Origin: Paraspadella gotoi
Lineage: Eukaryota; Animalia; Chaetognatha
Reading direction: 5' to 3'
NCBI GenBank assembly: GCA_051294375.1
Contig: CM119266.1
Location: 2,407,008 to 2,471,007 of the forward strand
DNA: 64,000 nucleotides
Every line of letters starts with the position of its first letter. Position 1 is the first letter of the stretch. Both the position numbers and the translations under genes were made by a program. The notes beneath the pieces were generated by a model. It did no database searches and had not been told where the DNA came from. It saw nothing but the letters and a program-made list of their open reading frames with translations. Positions 37,443 to 49,700 of this stretch are shown piece after piece.

Positions 37443-39067
37443 TCTTTTTTCTTTCTTTTTCTCTCTTTCTCTCAAGATTGTGCGGTGTTGTTTTCTCAGC
37501 ATCATAAAAACAAAAATTAATTGGCTTGAATTGTCGTGGTCGGTTTTTATTTGCGCTTATTTCTACTGGCACTATTCCATTTTTTTCGGTTTTTAACCAA
37601 ATTCAATAACAATTTCGCAAATCTATCGGGTTTTTTTATTTGTGTTTTTTGAAAGGGGGGGGGGAAATAAAAAAAGGTGAGTAGGGGGTGAGGTAACCGA
37701 AATTGATAACACTGTAAATATTTTATTTGAATGACGATTAAAGAAAAACGAATTACGAAAAAAAGAGCATTTTTTTTTATTGTAGAAGTGGCAGTTAGGG
37801 ACTTAAGAGAAGAGAGACATCATTATGATAATGAGAGAAATTGTTCGATTTGAGTCATACTCTTTAATTTTTACCTACAGTTTGATTAGTTGAGTTCCAC
37901 TTGTTAAAAAAAAGAAAGGCGGCTAAGGCAGTCTAAAAGCGAACAAGCACCGTTTTGTAACTCACTGCCGACAAGAAAACATCGCAAGCAGATGGTTACA
38001 GAAATTTATTTTCCTAAATGTAAAAGGCAACTCTTCCATCGAGTCATATATTATTAATTTTATGTTTTTGTTTGAAATCAGTTGTATAAAATCAAGTGTA
38101 TGAAAATTCTATTCATTTTTAATAGAGGAAAGAAATTGTCAAGTTCAATGACCCGATGGAGGTATACAACAAAAACGCCACTTCATAAAAAATAATGTAA
38201 AGCGAGTACAACGTAATCGGAATAAAGTGCGTTTAAATAAGGTAAAAGAAGTAAAGATAATAAAAATGATAATCCCAAGTATATGCGTTAAAAGCTTTTT
38301 TTGGCAAAATAAAGTGGGGGGGAATACAAATCTGGCAAAATTGTTTCTTATTTTTTTTTTTAATAGTACGGGAGTAAGTCGAGTATAAAAAGTCATGTGA
38401 AATGGCCGGTTAATAAAAGTATTTTTTTTCTTTTGGGCGAGATGATGAAATTAGTTTTTGCGGAAAATGGGTGCGAAGATGAAACGGCATAAGGCAATTT
38501 TAGTTCAGCGGGGAGGAGTGCTGGCTTTGGATAGGATAAGGGTCTGGGTAAGGGCTGAGTCAGTGATAAGAGGAAGGGGTTTGAGTGAATTACGCCAATA
38601 AGGCGGGTCAGAATTTAACATTTTTTTAATAAATGTGAAATGTTTTGCAATTTTTTCCTCTACAACCAATTGACTTATGATGTTAGATTTTGATTAAATT
38701 AATTTTCTTCATGCATGGATTTTGGATAATATATTTTTGATGCTGGGCGGAGTACAATATAGTATTCCCCGATCTAATACTTAAGGGAGTGGTCTTTTCA
38801 TACAATTGAAACATTCTTTGAAATATTATACCACTTCATTGATAAGAAAGCCAGGTACTCTGGGAGTGAATAAACGAGACTGTGAGAGAGTCTTGATTGA
38901 AATCTTGCAGGGACCTGCTATGTCATTATCTTGTAAGAATGATGGAGGCCTTAAACCGCCAAAGCCTGTCCAAAGTCAAGGGCAAGATCGCTTATTTATT
39001 AAATGAATGGATAATTTTTATATTGGTTGTACCAATTTCATATATATATAGTAAAGTATGACAAAAA

Positions 39068-39598
39068 TATTAAAACCAAGTAGAATTCGAATAGATCACG
39101 AACATTTTTAAATAAAAACAATTTTTTTTTAATTTTCGTATACGCTCATATTTATACATAGTACTCATCATGGAAAATGTTAAAATTTAAAATTTTTTAA
39201 AAGCAGATTCGAATTCCTCACGAAAAGTTGATAGAAGGAAATATAACTCTTTTTAAAAATATATTTCATTAAGTGGGTCAAAATCCTAAAAAATTATTAA
39301 CTTATAATTAAATTTTAATATAAAAAATGTTTTTAGAATTTTTAGCTAACTTAATGAAATAACTTTTGATTAAAACTTATATTTTCTTTCATAAACTTTT
39401 TATGAGGAATTCGAATCTGTTTCAAAGCTAAGAAAACATTATTTTAAAATTTTGACATTTTTTATGGTGAGTACTATGTATAAATATGGGCGTATGCAAA
39501 AAAATTTATATATCAATGTTTTTTAGTCCAAGACTGTTCAAAGTGTTCATGATTAACTATTCGAATTTTGATCTGCCACTTTCACTTGGCCTTAATAT
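39068..39598. mobile_element. Palindromic MITE/fold-back element (~530 bp)
   Basis: Arms pair along their length: AATTCGAATAG/CTATTCGAATT, TACGCTCATATTTATACATAGTACTCA/TGAGTACTATGTATAAATATGGGCGTA, CAGATTCGAATTCCTCA/TGAGGAATTCGAATCTG, ATTTCATTAAG/CTTAATGAAAT. Confidence 0.75.
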
Positions 39599-40112
39599 AT
39601 ATGGCTTCCATGCGTTTAACTTTTAAGATTAATCTTAAATTCATTCCTGACTTCAGTTAGTTAGTAACCTGTTCCGCCTTATTACGCAAGGAAGGGATTC
39701 GCCGTTGAGAAGCGTCAACTTTCCGGCTCTTTTCCGGAAGAATTCTCTCGCCACTTCCGGCCGTGGGGAATCGGGATGTGAATAATCTCTAGGCAAGTGT
39801 TTTTTTTTTTTAAGTCCGGATGTTGAACCCGGGCGTTAAACCCAGATGAAGAGAGCGATAAGGAAAAGGAATCCCCCGGGTTTTTCTGTCTCGTCAAGTC
39901 ACGAAATCCTAGGAACGGCACCCAGGCGCCCGGAAGATGATGACAGGCGATCTAGCTTTTTTCAAGGCGTCGTAGGGATTGAATCACTGCAGACGCGCGT
40001 GACCCGATGCTTTAATCCTTGTGATATAATCCCCGGACCGCGTGACTTGTCTTTTCAGTCCCCGTATATAATCCCTCGACGTGTGACCGTCTTCTACCCG
40101 GATGTAATCCCG

Positions 40113-41606
40113 TCACTCGTCCACTCGTGAGGCGGCGCCTCTCAAGCTGCTGTCACGGCTGCTGCTGTGGCCGCTGTCGCCGTCCTCTTCTTCCTCGGGC
40201 AAAACTTGACGGGGGGGAAAAAGGGGAGGGGGAATAAAAAGGGAATTTGTTTCCTACTTTGGTTTGTATAATGCATACATTTCTTTATTTTCTCTTTTTT
40301 ATTATCTCTCTAAAGACTTTACGATGTGCTAAAACTCTTGAAACTCCCATTCCGCGATTATTTATGCTCGTTATGTACTATATGGTTCCCCGCCGCCGCC
40401 TCCGCAGCCGCCTCCGCCGCCCTCTAACCCGCTCCAGCGGCTGGCGGGGGTGAATCGCATTTAAATTTAAATGAAGTCGCCGACCCCGANNNNNNNNNNN
40501 NNNNNNNNNNNNNNNNNNNNNNNNNNNNNNNNNNNNNNNNNNNNNNNNNNNNNNNNNNNNNNNNNNNNNNNNNNNNNNNNNNNNNNNNNNNNNNNNNNNN
40601 NNNNNNNNNNNNNNNNNNNNNNNNNNNNNNNNNNNNNNNNNNNNNNNNNAACGTCATAATTGTTCTTTGATGGAAATGAGATGAAATTTTTTTTTAATCC
40701 TTTAAATGTTAGTTTCATTAGAGAAGCATAAAAATAAAATTCATAAATTCNNNNNNNNNNNNNNNNNNNNNNNNNNNNNNNNNNNNNNNNNNNNNNNNNN
40801 NNNNNNNNCATGGATTCTTGGGCGTTGCCAAGCAGTTGTGTAAGTCCGCGCGCCTTGCGAAAGCTTTCGCCTAAGCCACGAGAAAAAAAAAAAAACAAAA
40901 AAGAGCATGAGTTCTCTTGCCGAGGGATCGGAGGTAGGCGTATGGAGCAACGAGTGTCTCTGTCAAATAAAACAAAAGTGATTAAGTAGTTTTTTTTTCC
41001 TTTTTTCTTCTTTCGTGGCAGAAAAAAAGGCAAGATAAAGCTTTTTTAATGAAATAACTGATAAGTTGAGTATTTCATATAAACTGTAAATGCAAAGATC
41101 TATAAATTGCGTAACAATGAAACTTCCTCAAAATCATTCTCTCCTTTTTTTCGACTCTCACTCACGCTTTTGACTCTCAAAATAAAAAAAAAAACCAGAT
41201 GATTCTCCGCTTTGTTGTTGACTATTTTACTGCCTTCCATTTTCCCACCTGCTTCCGCTTTCTATATACCCCCACCTGCTATTTCATTCCTCACATGCCT
41301 CGGGTAAGTTTGTCCTTGTCATTTTCTCATTTTCTTCCCCCAGAAACGTGAGTCGTTTTTGTTTTCTCACTCATTCAGTCATTCTCACCCGCTGTCTTTC
41401 TGTCTTTCTCACCCGCTGTCTTTCTGTCTTTTTCACCCGCTGACTTTTTGTCTTTCTCATCCGCTGTCTTTTTCCTTTTCTCTCCCTATGGACAAACAAT
41501 TTCCCACACCCTGACAACTGACTAGTGACTGATTCGTGACTTGCTGTACTAAGCAGTCGAATGACGTTTATATCTGTTACTAGCCATTACAGCAGAAGAA
41601 CTCTCT

Positions 41607-41675
<69 letters not shown>

Positions 41676-41949
41676 CTCACTCTCTCTCTCTTCATTCTCT
41701 ATCCCGTTCGCTTCATTACCTTATCTACTATTCCTTTCCCCTCCCATCTTTTCCCCACCACCCCGCTCCACCCCCCCCACTCCAACTCACCGAAACTTGT
41801 GAGTTTTCTGCTTGGCCTGGTCGTCGTGTGTCGTTGTCGTCGGCGGCGACGACGGCCGATTCGCAGCCTCTCCTGCAGATCCTTCATCTGGATGGCCGTT
41901 CCGCGCGGGGCGTGGCCCGCGTTCGACCAGACTTTCTTAAGCTCTTTGT
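40113..41949 (-). CDS. Putative last two exons of an unidentified gene (or a small 2-exon ORF starting at ATG 41887)
   Basis: GC-rich segment ending at a strong donor TTCG|GTGAGT (41791, phase 1) joins in frame to acceptor CCCGTCAAG|TT (40204), giving ...MKDLQERLRIGRRRRRRQRHTTTRPSRKLTSF-V-LPEEEEDGDSGHSSSRDSSLRGAASRVDE*. No homologue recognised. Confidence 0.35.
41382..41472 (+). repeat. ~24-bp tandem repeat (TTCTCACCCGCTGTCTTTCTGTCT) x ~4
   Basis: Direct reading. Confidence 0.85.
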
Positions 41950-42169
41950 CTTAATCCCACCAAGCATTTGCAAGCTGCTTCGTCCTTGGGTGATAAATTA
42001 CGCGAACGAATAGATGAATGAATGAATGAATGAAATGAGATGAATGAACGTCTCATCTTCTCCAGCCGGGTTTGGGAGTCGACCCTAAATAGTGACCTCA
42101 TATGAATAAATTATGAACGAATTGAAACGAAGAAAAAGTTCCCTGTTATTTTCTATTTTCTACTTGAGA

Positions 42170-44034
42170 CTCAAATTTCCATGTTCAATGTTTTTTTTTT
42201 CTTCCATTTTCAACGAGGTCAAGTTGAGTCAATTCAAGTTTTGCTCGCATCGTAGAATCTATAGATCCAAACACAGACCTATCGCACCGGCTGGTCCGAG
42301 TTTTATACGTTTCATTATATTTATAGACAAGTTGAGCAAACAATGTCGGATCTGCCGCACATCATATTAGCGGTATTTAACTAATATAAATTAAATAAAT
42401 TAGAGTAAATTAATTAATTTGATCCGAAATGTTTGTTTTTGGGTCTTCTCGTCAGACACTGACCACGACAAAAAGCAACGCGACGACGATGATGATAATA
42501 ATGCCGGTGAGATAACCGAATAAAACTCGATTGATATTTATTGAATTGATTGATATTTAAATAATTAAATTAATTGATAAATAAAGTTGATTTTGTTTCG
42601 CAATGCCGCCAGACTCAAAGGCAGCCGCCCGCGATAAGGGGCGTTAATACAACTTTACGCTTCGTCCTATGAATTCTAACTTCACGCAATCTCGGCACTA
42701 AATGTTTCAGGTCCGGTAAAATAGCGCCGAGGAACCGAAGGCGCCGACGCATTCCAAATCCAGGTGGCAATGCCGAGACAAGGTGGCAATGCCCAGTGCC
42801 CAGATGGTAATGCCGCGCCCAGGTGTTAGAAGTCTTGTAATTGAAGCTAAAAATAAATAGAAAGCTGCTTCTTCTTTGAAACCGCATAAATTCACCAACT
42901 TTATTACTATAACAAATAATTTCTCCAAACTCTGAAAATTTGCATGAAAAAGCACCAAAAACAATTCTTAAACTGCAATGACGACTGTGAGTTCAGTTGG
43001 CCACCGTGATTCCACAATGATGAAAAATTGAATCAGGAAGAACCCACTCGGATTGCACTAACTTACCAAAAACAAAAGACTCGAATTCTGCAATTTCAGA
43101 GTCAAAGCAAAAACAACTAAAGATCATCGCTAATTCTTATAAATCATTAAAACCGGTAGGGCATTAGTCTTATATTTTCTTAACATGATTGATTGAATAA
43201 TTAATTAATAGATAAATAAATTGATTATTAATTAATTAATTGACTAATTTATTAATTAACTCATTAAGTATTTGATTAATTAATACATCTTGTATTTACA
43301 TTTAATATAAAAAGAAAAAGAAGCATAATCAATTAGTGAAACAGGTTTTTGTTTTTTCCATTTAAACTAATTTTCACTCAGACGATTCCATCGAAACTTG
43401 ATTTTCAGCTTAATCACACACTTCCCTATCCACACACAAAATTTCAAGACAATTGCCCCATCCACTTATGATTAATTGGCGTCAAAATAATGAAATAGAT
43501 TTTTTATGTTTTTTCCATATAAACTCTTTTCCACTCGCACGATTCCATCGACACTTCACATCCAGCTCNNNNNNNNNNTTCAATGTTTTTTTTTTCTTCC
43601 ATTTTCACGAGGTCAACTTGAGTCAATTCAATTTTGCTCGATCGCAGAATCTAGATCCAAACACAGACCTATCGACGCTGTGGCAGTTTTTTACGTTTCA
43701 TTATATTTATAAACAAGTTTGAGCAAACAATGTCGGATCTTCCCACGATCATGAGCGGTATTTAATTAATAAATTAATTAATTTGATCCGAAATGTTTGT
43801 TTTTGGGTCTTTTCGTCACTGACCACGACAAAAGCAACGACGACGATGATAATAATGCCGGTAACGATTAACTCGATTGATTGATTGATTGATTGATTAA
43901 ATAATTAATTAATTGACGGACGGACGACATAGTTTTTTTTGCNNNNNNNNNNATAATATGATGTTCTGAGATGATATAAGTGAATGCCCGACAAAATTGA
44001 GGGGTGCGGACCGACGGACCGACAAAGTTAATTA
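42170..44034 (-). mobile_element. Cluster of partial copies of the same repeat family plus a local ~350-400 bp duplication
   Basis: Terminus ACAAGTT(T)GAGCAAACAATGTCGGATCT at ~42326 and 43711; body fragment 43190-43568 matches ~4185-4545; other terminus GGACCGACAAAGT at ~44016-44028. Segment ~42184-42580 is repeated at ~43579-43915. Confidence 0.65.
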
Positions 44035-44096
44035 TTATTTATTACTGTATGTTTCCCGACGCGGTGAAAAAAAAAAAAAGGGAACGATTTGATCGA

Positions 44097-44362
44097 CCTT
44101 AATATAGCCTTAATATAGCCTTAATATAGCCTTAATATAGTCTTAAATATAGCCTTAATATAGCCTTAATATAGCCTTAATATAGCCTTAATATAGTCTT
44201 TATAGCCTTAAATAGCCTTAATATAGCCATTAATATAGCCACCTTAATATAGCCTTAATATAGCCTTAGATATGTAGCCTTAATATAGCCTTAAATATAG
44301 TCTTAATATAGCCTTAATATAGCCTTAATATAGCATTAATATAGCCTTAATATACCTTAATT
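44097..44362 (+). repeat. 11-bp minisatellite (CCTTAATATAG)n, roughly 24 units
   Basis: Direct reading of the tandem units, a few of them variant. Confidence 0.95.
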
Positions 44363-46006
44363 TAGGTGTAACATCTTTCCCATTAATTTTCAACGGAAAA
44401 TCATTGTTCAGCGATGTCGCGATGCATTTTTTTTCGGTTTTTCCCTCAGAAAATTACTATCGCGTCTTTTTTCAGATTCGTAAAATTAAAAAAATCTCAT
44501 TTAAGTAATGGACTTTCGCCCAATTATTTCTTTTTTTACCCTTCTCGTTTTTTTTTCGAAACTGATCGATGTTAAAGTACATTACGGATCACCGAATAAT
44601 TTAAATGAAAAAGAAAAAGTGTAAAAACTAAAAAGAGTTCAACTGTTTCCTTTGCACTTTTTATTTTCCCCTCGAGTCTAAATTGTACGACCTCTTTTCT
44701 TCCTTTGTTTCTCCTGCTGGTTTTTTTTAAACTCAGTTCCTTTCTCTATTTAACTTTTTAAGTTTTTACTTTTTTATCTTTTTAAGTTTTTGGTTTGTCT
44801 TCTTGGCGTTCTTTTCAAGTCAATGACACTACAAAAATTGTGTCAAATATAATTAATTAAATCCCGGTCTTAAAAATCTTTTAAATTTTTTTAAAATGTC
44901 ATTCGATACCCGATGATATTCGGCAACTGCCACGTTCCCACATTTTTTAAGGCGTGACATTACAATCGTGACAATAATGGTTAAAGAACCGTTTTATTTA
45001 GGTCCATTTTGATCGCGAGAAGTAAATAACTTCGAATTAACTTCAATTAGAAATGAAATATTTTATTTTAATGCGATTACGAAGCGAATAGGTTAAGAAA
45101 ATCCTGTTCTACTTTTTATTTCGTTTCACAGTCATTAAAGCCCAACACGAAAAGAATTTATTTAAGTTTTAAACGAGATTTTTGCTTCCTTTTAAATTCA
45201 ATTATACTTATTTCCCCCCCCCCTCAGTTAAAAAAAACCAAAAAAACCGCCGCCGTCCCGTAGCGAACCCGAATCTTTCCGGTCGCGAACCGGTAGATTT
45301 GACCGGCGCCGGTCCTCCCGGGCCGACGTCGCGACTGAATAATTTAAATTTAATATTTTCGATGGCGCGAGTCGAGTGTTGTTTATTAGATTAACCTCAA
45401 ACTCGTTTTTCCATGTCTCGTCTTCAATCACGAAGGAAAATCATTTGTCGTCGTCGTTTGACATCGGAGTTGTCGTCGCTTGGGGAGGGGGGCGTCACGG
45501 TCTGCAATGCTTGTGGTCGTTCCAATGCCATTGACAATGCCCAATAATTAACGTCATCGATTGGAAGTTGCCATCAAAGTTTATTACAAGGACAAGGGGT
45601 AGTTTTGAAACCAGGACGAAGTCAACGGCGACGCAAAGAACTAAAATATATAAATTACTAAACAGTATATATGTTTACATATATATATATATACACAATC
45701 TACAGTATACAATACTATACATACAGTACATCACAAAATAATTGACAGGAACATCGCGATGTCAAAAGCAAAAACGAAAAGCGAAAACAGAATCAAGACA
45801 AACGATGAAAGTGACGAGAGAATTAGGATTGACATCGACGTTGATGAGATGGCGACAAGGAAAGTAGGATTGAAGACGACGTTGAGAGGAAATTTGGAGG
45901 GGAAAGTAGGATTGAAGACGACGTTGACGAGAAAGAAAAAAAAATAAAAAGGAGAAAAGGAAAGACAATCAGGGCGGAAAAGTCTAATAAACAAAAGACT
46001 AAAACA

Positions 46007-46040
<34 letters not shown>

Positions 46041-46698
46041 ATTCCATCGAAAATAAGACGACGACTATTAAAATCTCGGACGAAAAAATGAGAGAAAAAA
46101 ATTAATACATAATAGATTAATAGATAATAAATTAATAGATAATAAATACAGGAAGTTAAGGATAAGAATGACGATTACAAGTTCATAAGGCTGACCGGAA
46201 TTCAGGACGAAATTAAGGATGACATCGACGAAGGTTTCAACATCAATCGAGAAAGCTTCTTCTTTCTCTTTTTTTTCTTTCCTGGACTTTCTATTTCCTT
46301 TTCCCTCTTTCCTCTCCATCGACGAATGACCAAATGTAATGAAAAATGATGATCACTTTTGGTCAAGGTCATGTGATAATTTATAAATTCATGAAGTATG
46401 AAGCCGAAAGCAACAAACTGACTGGAACGAAAGCGAGAAAAGCAGGGCTCCCAGTTTATGTGTAGAAGTGAGATTAGAAACGAAGAAAGGACGAACTTAT
46501 AACTTTTTTTTTATAAATAAAGAATCACAAGAAATTGTGTCTCCGGTTGATGGGAGAGATCCTCCGTCTTGGCACTCGGTTCACTTTGAAGGATCAACAA
46601 ACGACGACGACCAACCTCCTCCTCCTCCTCCTCCTCCTCCTCCTCTCTTGATGACAGCGTCGATGATTGATGGAAAATAAAGACGTCGAGTTGGCGGA

Positions 46699-46772
46699 GT
46701 CACGTGACTGGCGTCGCGAGGGGGTCGTCGTTGTTCTTCCGAGTCACGTGACCGAAATAGAGGCTCACGTGA
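46699..46772. promoter_or_regulatory. Cluster of palindromic E-boxes (CLEAR/USF type)
   Basis: GTCACGTGAC at 46699-46708 and 46743-46752, TCACGTGA at 46765-46772; GGTCATGTGAT at ~46367 and ~46989. Function is unproven. Confidence 0.35.
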
Positions 46773-49700
46773 TCGTCGCGTGTACTTTTATAATATTTTT
46801 CGTCCCCGAGGTTTGACTGAGTTGAGACCGAGTTCTACCCTTTGTGATTCTGCCTGAAAAGAGCGCTTTGCGTAACGGTCGTCACCGCGTGAAAAGGTTT
46901 TCTCGCGCGAAAAGGTGAGTAAACCAAAATCACAACGAGGAAATCGTCATTAATCTCTAGGGCGTCCTTCGAATGGGTAATTTCGGTTGGTCATGTGATT
47001 TCGCGCAAACGATCAAGTTTGAAACCTTTTACATCGTTGTCATCGCTGACTTCTATGTAATTCTGTCATAAAGGTTACGGAAGGAAAGTTCGTGGTCGAC
47101 GCTCGACTTACTTTAGCTTTTACAAGTTCGTCTGCGTAATTGTGTGTGAATTTACGATCGGTTGGAAGGAAACGTTTGCCAACGCGCGCTCTATTTTCGT
47201 TTCTGTGTTTTTTTTTCTTTCTTTCTCTTTCTTTCAATATTCTGTTCCTTTGTTTTAATTTTTATTCCTTCATTTGTTCTTTCTCTTACCTAAAGAATCA
47301 TAAATGTTATTTGCATATTGTACCATTTAACTGTTTTGGCAGATACACGGAAATATATTGGGAGTTTACCAAGAAAATATCTTGTCCCTAATTATAATAA
47401 GCTGTAAAGAAAATCTCAAATAGTATTTGAATTTTGGCACCTGCATAAACTAAATATTAAATTTAATAAACTGTTGGACTGTTGGACATAAACTCTTGTC
47501 GTAATCCGAAGGGTGAGCAAGAGACTGAAAACCCCGCTCATCACAACAACTAATTCTTCAATAACATGCTCTAACAGGGTACCGAAAGTATAATTGTAGA
47601 ATGATAGAAACGAACATCTCAAAGAACGAACTAACTGATTTCAAAGTATTTTTTTACCATAATACTTATATTACATAAGTACTCATAGTCTAACTCAATT
47701 AATACTTACCTCTTTCCTTACTCTAGAGTAGACTCTACTACTCCCTAGAGTGCTCCCTATAGTACTCTCTAGAGTTGTCTAGTCTAGTAGGGAGTAGTAT
47801 AGAGTAGCTAGAGTCTAGCTTACTTTTCTCTTCCACCCCCGCCCCCTCCCCCTAACTCACCCCTATGTATTCGATCCCGATCCCCCGCCTCGCTCGGCAT
47901 CCGCGAGAGGCTGGAGGCGGTGGTGTGGTTGAGTTCGTTGAAGGCGTCTTGGTGGGAGGTGTCGGGGCAGCACCTGTCCATGGGCGGCGGAGGATGCATC
48001 GGGATGGAAGGGGTGGAAAAAGGACTGGGGGTTGGAGAGAGAAATTCTCTATTCTCTAGTCTAACGTGAAAATGTCATCGACAGCGACGAAATAAAAATG
48101 GATCAACGAATGAAAATGTTTTAAAACAACATTATCGATATATCATCATCTTCATCATCATTCATCAACACCGTCTTTACCTTCTGCAAAACATGGCCCT
48201 GAAGACTCGAAGGAAGTGTGGACTCAAGTAGCAGTAGATGAGAAAATTCAGTGATGAGTTGACTGTGAAGGGAAAATAAAAGTCAAAACAAAAACAGAAA
48301 ACAATCCTGAAACCAGAAATAAAATGAAATTAAAAAAAAACAAGCCCGGTTCCGATTTTCATTTTTTTGACGAATTAAAAATCCAAAACCAAAAGGAAAA
48401 TAGTTTAAAGCGTCGACGTTTTAATTCGGAAAATACACGATTTATTTTTCTTAATAGTCAGCCTTCCCCTTAACCTCACCAGCTATAAGCAAGACGGCAA
48501 CTGAAACTGATCTGTTGAAGATGAGCGTGTTGCGCGGACGACTCGAATCCGTCGGGTAGAGAGTGTGGATGAAGATGGCTGCGATGTAAGGAACTTGGCA
48601 GAGGAGATAAACGATCACAACCGNNNNNNNNNNNNNNNNNNNNNNNNNTCTAACAACTCCTGTTCAACTTTATGATCGCTACTCTCCTGGATAGAAGTGT
48701 GAAGAAATATAAAATGGTCTACTCTCTCTAGAAATTTCGTCCTCTTTCACGTGATCGAGATGTCTGTTTTTATTCACTAGTTCTTGCCGATGAGAAAGAT
48801 ATATCTTATCAGCCTCAAAATCAATCTTAGTTACCTAGGAAAAAAGTTATCAGTCTCTATACTATGTTCCGACTGAATTTACTAACTATAAAAAGAAGAT
48901 ATATAAGTCTCTCTCGATCTGTTCCTCAAGCTGGAGTGGTATGTCAATCTTTGATGCCTCTTAATCTGAAGTCCATTTCCGAAAATAACCAAAGACAATT
49001 CCTATAAAATTTTACAACAATTATATATTAAAGATTCTTTCGGGTTAATACTTAAGTATCTTCTCCATGAACCATCTCATTTGTTTGTTTCATTATTTTC
49101 TGTGTTGTTCCCGTCCACTTTCGTCACATCGCTCCCCATCCGGGGCCCCAGGCCCCAGACCCCCGCCCGTTCATGCACATTATCAAAAAAAAATCGCAGG
49201 CATAAAAAAACGGTGAGGCTCGGAAGTTTAATTTTGTATTTTACTTGTCTCTATCATCTCAGCCTCTCTCTCTCACTTCTCCCCCCTCTCTGGGAGAGCG
49301 GTGAGGTCTACTACTGCGGAGAGAAAGATCTATTTGACCTAAACAACAGACCCTGGGAAAAAAAGGATCAGGTCTAACTGATTGTTTCCGGACTTGGAAA
49401 CTGGAACTTCTTTAAAAAGATAAGTTTTGCTTCTCCGACTTTTGTTTCCCNNNNNNNNNNNNNNNNNNNNNNNNNNNNNNNNNNNNNNNNNNNNNNNNNN
49501 NNNNNNNNNNNNNNNNNNNNNNNNNNNNNNNNNNNNNNNNNNNNNNNNNNNNNNNNNNNNNNNNNNNNNNNNNNNNNNNNNNNNNNNNNNNNNNNNNNNN
49601 NNNNNNNNNNNNNNNNNNNNNNNNNNNNNNNNNNNNNNNNNNNNNNNNNNNNNNNNNNNNNNNNNNNNNNNNNNNNNNNNNNNNNNNNNNNNNNNNNNNN

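Noticed and set aside
42615-42964. GC-richer ORFs with repeated GGCAATGCC motifs
   Set aside because: No recognisable protein and no phase-consistent link to neighbouring exons; left unassigned.
44097-44362. CRISPR-like regular repeat
   Set aside because: Head-to-tail 11-bp units without unique spacers, in a eukaryotic context with no cas genes.
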